59,719 nt of DNA, taken from contig SCQY01000254.1 of NCBI GenBank assembly GCA_004298665.1, positions 1 through 59,719 of the forward strand. Direction: 5' to 3'. Positions within the stretch are counted from its first letter, which is position 1, and the number at the start of each line of letters is the position of its first letter. Origin of the DNA: a bacterium. GTDB lineage: Bacteria; Vulcanimicrobiota; Vulcanimicrobiia; Vulcanimicrobiales; SCRA01. This document shows positions 55,766 to 59,719 of the stretch, in pieces. Under the pieces are notes generated by a model. It worked only from the letters and a program-made list of their open reading frames with translations. It ran no database searches and was not told the origin of the DNA. A program made the position numbers and the translations under genes.

Positions 55766-56455
55766 TCAACCTGCGGGTGCGATGATGCTCGGCTCGTCGT
55801 TACGGACGCTGTTGACGCGCCTCGAGATCGGATACCACGTAATGGCATCGGCAGGGATTGGATCCGCGAGTGAAAGCGCTCGCGTCGGCGTCAGCTCGCC
55901 CGGCGCGAGCCACGCATCTCTATTTTCTGGCCGCAGGATAATCGGAATGCGATTGTGGATTGCTGCTAAGCCTGCGCCGTTTGGCGCAGCTGTCAAGATG
56001 GCGCAGGTTTCGAGGCCGGGGTCACCTTCCTGGGCGTCCCGCGGCCGCCACCATTCCCAGAGACCCGCGAAGAGGAATGGCTCGTCGGAGCGCAGGTGGA
56101 TACGCATTGGGGTCTTCGTGCCATCGCCGTTGCGCCGCCACTCGTAGTAGGCATCCGCGACGATCGCTGCGCGCCGCCGGCGGAGGGCTACGCGGAATGC
56201 GGGCTTCTCGGCAACCGTCTCGATGCGCGCGTTGATCATGCGCGAACCGATGGACGGATCCTGTGCCCACGACGGTACGAGGCCCCAGCGCAGCGCAGTG
56301 ATCTCGCGGGCGCCGTCGTTCTTGATTGCGAGCACCGGCTGCGTCGGCGCGATGTTGTACCGTGGCGTCCACGTCACGCCGGCGGCTAGGTGGTAGGAGG
56401 GAAACGCTGCCTCGACGTCTCGATCGTCGAGACTCAATCCAAACCTCCCGCACAT
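55766..56455 (-). CDS. SRAP/HMCES-family (YedK-like) abasic-site ssDNA protein
   Basis: MCGRF start, RYNIAPTQ, WGLVPSW, INARIET, YYEW, IHNRIP, VNSVRND. Confidence 0.92.
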   Translation of the reverse strand: MCGRFGLSLDDRDVEAAFPSYHLAAGVTWTPRYNIAPTQPVLAIKNDGAREITALRWGLVPSWAQDPSIGSRMINARIETVAEKPAFRVALRRRRAAIVADAYYEWRRNGDGTKTPMRIHLRSDEPFLFAGLWEWWRPRDAQEGDPGLETCAILTAAPNGAGLAAIHNRIPIILRPENRDAWLAPGELTPTRALSLADPIPADAITWYPISRRVNSVRNDEPSIIAPAG

Positions 56456-57078
56456 CAGAGGCCGAACGAACGCAGCTCTTGCCGCGGCGCCTGGATCCGA
56501 AGGTTTGGCGGAAGGAGGTCGTGCATAGCGCGCCGCGCCCATGTTGGGACCATTGGTGCTGCCCACGCGAGCCTCGCTCCGGCGAGTTCGAGGATTCGCG
56601 CTGGGTCGCCGTGTCCGCCACTATCGAAGACGGTCGTGTAATCGGCGACTGCGGCCGCGCGGCTTAGATGCGCCATACTACGCGGAAAGCGGCGCCGCAC
56701 GTCCGCTTCCGGAACGTCATGGCCACCGGCACGAACGCGCCGGGCGATTCGCGCTAGGCACGTTTCGACATCGGCGACTCCGAGGTAGAAGAGTTCGATC
56801 CGAAAGCCCCGCTCTCGCGCCGCCAGAAGGCGCCGTTCGTGTCGGAGTCCTGCAAGAGTTGTCTCGACCGCGAATGACTCCCGCCCGTCAAGGAGCGTAT
56901 CCATGCGTTCCACGGCTTCGCGTCCCGCAGCTATCGCGCGTATCGAGCCTGCGCCCGTGATTGCGATCACGTCCGGGTTCACGACACGAACAACCGCGTG
57001 GTCGACGTACGCATCGACGAAGGACGATTTGCCCACGCCGTTCGGACCGCAAACGATCACGAGAAGCGGGGGCTGCAC
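56455..57078 (-). CDS. Second zeta-toxin-like P-loop ATPase
   Basis: GPNGVGKS, VNPDVI, ETTLAG, RIARRVRAGGHDVPE; TGATG overlap with SRAP. Confidence 0.82.
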   Translation of the reverse strand: MQPPLLVIVCGPNGVGKSSFVDAYVDHAVVRVVNPDVIAITGAGSIRAIAAGREAVERMDTLLDGRESFAVETTLAGLRHERRLLAARERGFRIELFYLGVADVETCLARIARRVRAGGHDVPEADVRRRFPRSMAHLSRAAAVADYTTVFDSGGHGDPARILELAGARLAWAAPMVPTWARRAMHDLLPPNLRIQAPRQELRSFGL

Positions 57079-57297
57079 CTATGAGGCGATCCGCTTCAAG
57101 CGTTCGATGGAGCCGTCAGGGTGCTCTTCGACGACCCAGCCGTCCTGCTCGTAAGCGATGGAGATACCGCGTCGAAGCTGCGCTGCCAAGACCTGGCGCA
57201 CATGGGCACCCACCACGTGCTCGGCTCGGCCGGCGTGCGCGTCGGCTACCATGCGCCGCAGAGTTTGATCCGTTCGGTCGGTTTTGGCCACGCTCAC
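57079..57297 (-). CDS. Putative antitoxin of the second zeta-like ATPase
   Basis: TGGTAAAAT-6nt-GTG leaderless start; GISIAYEQDGWVVEEHPDG. Confidence 0.6.
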   Translation of the reverse strand: MSVAKTDRTDQTLRRMVADAHAGRAEHVVGAHVRQVLAAQLRRGISIAYEQDGWVVEEHPDGSIERLKRIAS

Positions 57298-57638
57298 GTG
57301 CGTATTTTACCACGGTCTTTTGAGTCCCAGGGCGCGTCTGGATGGGAGGCGCGCATGGAAGTCAGGAAGGGGACCTGGCCCCAGCGGTTGACGTGCGCCC
57401 GGAACCAGCCATCGAGGCGCTTCTGCTCAGGCCGTGGCAGCCGGAAGATCGCCTCACAAGCACCCAGGAGGGCCGGCGGCAGGCCCGTCTCGAGACTCTG
57501 CATCCATGCCCCCATGAACGCTGCCAGGCGTTGGCGATCGGCGTCCTCGAGGTTGAGGACGATGTCGCGGACGGCGAGGAAGGCTGGCGAGTGTGGCTCG
57601 GACATCGAACACATGTTCGTGTCGCCCCCCCGCGCCAC
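57294..57638 (-). CDS. Hypothetical protein
   Basis: Coherent ORF, GTGA overlap; start uncertain. Confidence 0.45.
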   Translation of the reverse strand: MARGGDTNMCSMSEPHSPAFLAVRDIVLNLEDADRQRLAAFMGAWMQSLETGLPPALLGACEAIFRLPRPEQKRLDGWFRAHVNRWGQVPFLTSMRASHPDAPWDSKDRGKIRT

Positions 57639-57695
57639 CTAGCGTCTGGGCTGCGGTGGGAGCCTACGATGGCTCGGCGGGGGCACTCCCTCGCC

Positions 57696-57845
57696 ATGAT
57701 GCCGATCGATCTCGATGGACTACTGCAAAGCCTGCGCTCGCCGGAGAGTCCAGCGCGTGGCGATATCGCGACGGTCGTGTGGCCGTGGCTCTCGGAGGAG
57801 TTGAAGACGTGGCTCGTTCGGGTCGACCGACGGCGCGGTGTCTAG
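57696..57845 (+). CDS. 49-aa micro-protein, paralogue B
   Basis: MMPIDLDGLLQSLRSPESPARGDIATVVWPWLSEELKTWLVRVDRRRGV. Confidence 0.65.
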   Translation: MMPIDLDGLLQSLRSPESPARGDIATVVWPWLSEELKTWLVRVDRRRGV

Positions 57846-57911
57846 GTGTGTTGTAGGGCGCTTTGCGGTGCTTACACAGCTCGAGGTCGCGCTACAGGCG
57901 CTGGCCCGACA

Positions 57912-58361
57912 CTAACCCGCGAAACGGCGGCGTAGCTCATCGACGACGTCTGCGAGGGGGATCAGACGCTCGGGAGGCACCTCCGGGCGAGCATGGAGCG
58001 CCCCGTCCTGGTACTCGCGCACCCGTACGGGTCTACCAGAGCGATCGAGCGCATCTTCGAGTAGCTGTACGAGCCGTCCGGTGCGGCGCTCGATGGCCCA
58101 TTCGCCGGCGAGCATTGTTCCAGGGACGCGGCTTCCAATGGTAGCGCGCGATGGGCGAACCATCTCACCCGCATCACGCAACTGCCCAAGCGGCGCCAAG
58201 CACTCCTCACCTTCACGGCCGGGACCAATGATCCGTAGCCGTACCTCATCCGCAGCCGTCTCCTCAAGGACGTAGGCCAGGTGCCAGGCCGAGCCAGAGC
58301 TACCCGGAAAGAACGCCATGAGCTGCCTATAGCGGAGCGGCGAAGGGTCCTCTTCGTCCAT
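57912..58361 (-). CDS. Hypothetical protein
   Basis: Coherent ORF. Confidence 0.45.
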   Translation of the reverse strand: MDEEDPSPLRYRQLMAFFPGSSGSAWHLAYVLEETAADEVRLRIIGPGREGEECLAPLGQLRDAGEMVRPSRATIGSRVPGTMLAGEWAIERRTGRLVQLLEDALDRSGRPVRVREYQDGALHARPEVPPERLIPLADVVDELRRRFAG

Positions 58362-58828
58362 GCACCCGCTCGCTTCGATACAGCCGTGAGATCAGTCCCG
58401 CCAGATGCCCGAGGCCGTAATATCGCGCCCGGCGGGAGCGACCCGAAGCGAGGCGTTGCCGCGCCGGTTGGCACCGCAACTGCCCCGTTGTCCCGTAGTG
58501 TTTTGAGCGGGGCCTCTCCCGGCGCCTTATAGCCACCCACTCGCTGGGGACGGTTCACACGATGATGCGCGTATCTTGACCCGTCAGGCCGAAGGCGAAC
58601 AGTAGGTCCGCCGCATCGGGTGGATTGATCACGCATGAGTCCGCCGGGATCCGCGTCGGCTCCGAGACGATGAATAGCGGCGGCCATCCGGTGGGCTGGT
58701 GCAGCGCTAAGCGCGCTAGGACCAGCGGCCTCCCACCTGTTGATGGGAAACGCGACGGAACCCATGCGTGTCGAACCTGGCGAGCTTTCCCATCCATAGC
58801 CTCGTACTACCTTCCTCGCTGAGCGGGA

Positions 58829-59380
58829 TCACTGCGGCACCCGCGAGACGTCCACATCATAGCTGTGGATTACGCCGCTCTTATCAACGCAGGAGATAGT
58901 GGCACGAGTGACTGAGCCTTCTTCGAGTTGGTAGTATTCGTCCCCACGCGCTTTGCAGAATCGACTACTGACACGGCTCATCCGTGCGGTGTTCGTGGCT
59001 GCTGTAGCGTCCAGCGCTTTCAGCGTTCTGATATGCTGCGAGATTTGTTCGCGGATCTGTCCCTCCCATGAAAGCAGCAAGAATACGACAGAAAGGACTA
59101 GTACCGGCCAAGTCACAAGCCGCACTATCTTGAAGAGCGATGTCTGGCGATCGAAGGGAGGCTCGAAGAGAAGCTCGCCGACGGTCAAATTTAGAAGTGT
59201 AACCGCAGCGGCGCCGCTTGCCAAAGCAACGGTGGCCACGGGATTGTTGGGAATAATGGCGCGAGCAATCTGCCACGCGGCGAAGCCGGTCGCTGCGGCC
59301 ACAATGACTACTAGGGCGACGACTAGCGCCCGGTAAGTTCCTGAAGATAACGTCCGCTTTGGCGCGGGCGTATTGTTCAT
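58829..59380 (-). CDS. Membrane protein with three predicted TM segments, visibly lower GC
   Basis: Hydrophobic N-terminal two thirds, soluble tail with two Cys; GGAG RBS. Confidence 0.6.
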   Translation of the reverse strand: MNNTPAPKRTLSSGTYRALVVALVVIVAAATGFAAWQIARAIIPNNPVATVALASGAAAVTLLNLTVGELLFEPPFDRQTSLFKIVRLVTWPVLVLSVVFLLLSWEGQIREQISQHIRTLKALDATAATNTARMSRVSSRFCKARGDEYYQLEEGSVTRATISCVDKSGVIHSYDVDVSRVPQ

Positions 59381-59706
59381 CGCATCTCCTTTCGCATCGA
59401 GTCGATATGATCAGTTCCGCCATTCTCTCTTACGGCGATCGCCGCCCACCGCTGATAGGCCTCGACGCCGGCGACGAGCTGCTGCGTGTAGAGCGGCGAA
59501 TCGACTGAGAGGATGCCGCCGGCGGGGCTCCGCCGCGCCCAGCGCTGGATCGCGCGCTGCACGCCTTTCGGCATGCCCGGAAATGCCTCAAGGGCTGCCT
59601 CCCGTCGCGCTGGCCATGCCGAGCGCACCACTTTGCGCGAGAGCCGGCGAATCAGCACATCACGGAAAGCATCGTCATGGTCAGCCATCGCAATGGTGAG
59701 CCGCAC
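59377..59706 (-). CDS. Hypothetical protein
   Basis: ATGA overlap with downstream ORF; start uncertain, at window edge. Confidence 0.45.
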   Translation of the reverse strand: MRLTIAMADHDDAFRDVLIRRLSRKVVRSAWPARREAALEAFPGMPKGVQRAIQRWARRSPAGGILSVDSPLYTQQLVAGVEAYQRWAAIAVRENGGTDHIDSMRKEMR

Positions 59707-59719
59707 CGCATGACGCTCC

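Noticed and set aside
58380-58550. tRNA or structured RNA in the GC-rich gap
   Set aside because: No T-loop (TTCRA) or acceptor-stem geometry could be found.
1-59719. Prophage, IS elements, reverse-transcriptase systems
   Set aside because: No terminase, capsid, tail, transposase or RT motifs were recognised in any frame.

Overview
A GC-rich segment of a large, probably conjugative plasmid from an uncultured bacterium. The pervasive leaderless genes and the Gly/Pro-rich lipoprotein suggest a Terrabacteria-type host such as Eremiobacterota; this is inference only. From left to right the window holds: (i) a maintenance core with a zeta-like TA pair, parA plus a small partner and upstream repeats, and an HTH initiator that has a DnaA-domain-I-like tail and six phased palindromic iterons inside its own gene; (ii) an RP4-Tra1-like block (traF, MOBP relaxase, mobC, oriT gap, traK-like and traM-like genes); (iii) about 48 kb of putative leading/establishment region. 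That region carries three orphan DNA methyltransferases, RecT-YqaJ, RusA, ligase, primase, RecD2, ArdC, SSB, SRAP, four TA-like pairs in the window overall, a PilT-GGDEF-helicase-HD-GYP block, a sigma-28-like factor and many small unknown ORFs. The most striking unexplained structure is a dispersed 17-19 bp palindrome, GCTATACT-N3-AGTAT(AGC/G). It occurs in at least 13 good copies plus weaker variants, always in front of minus-strand genes pointing towards oriT. Its left arm is a sigma70 -10 box, and in about half the copies the right arm supplies the ATG of a leaderless gene. No CRISPR array, rRNA, tRNA, IS element or phage structural gene was recognised. All family calls come from motif recognition by eye, not from database searches.
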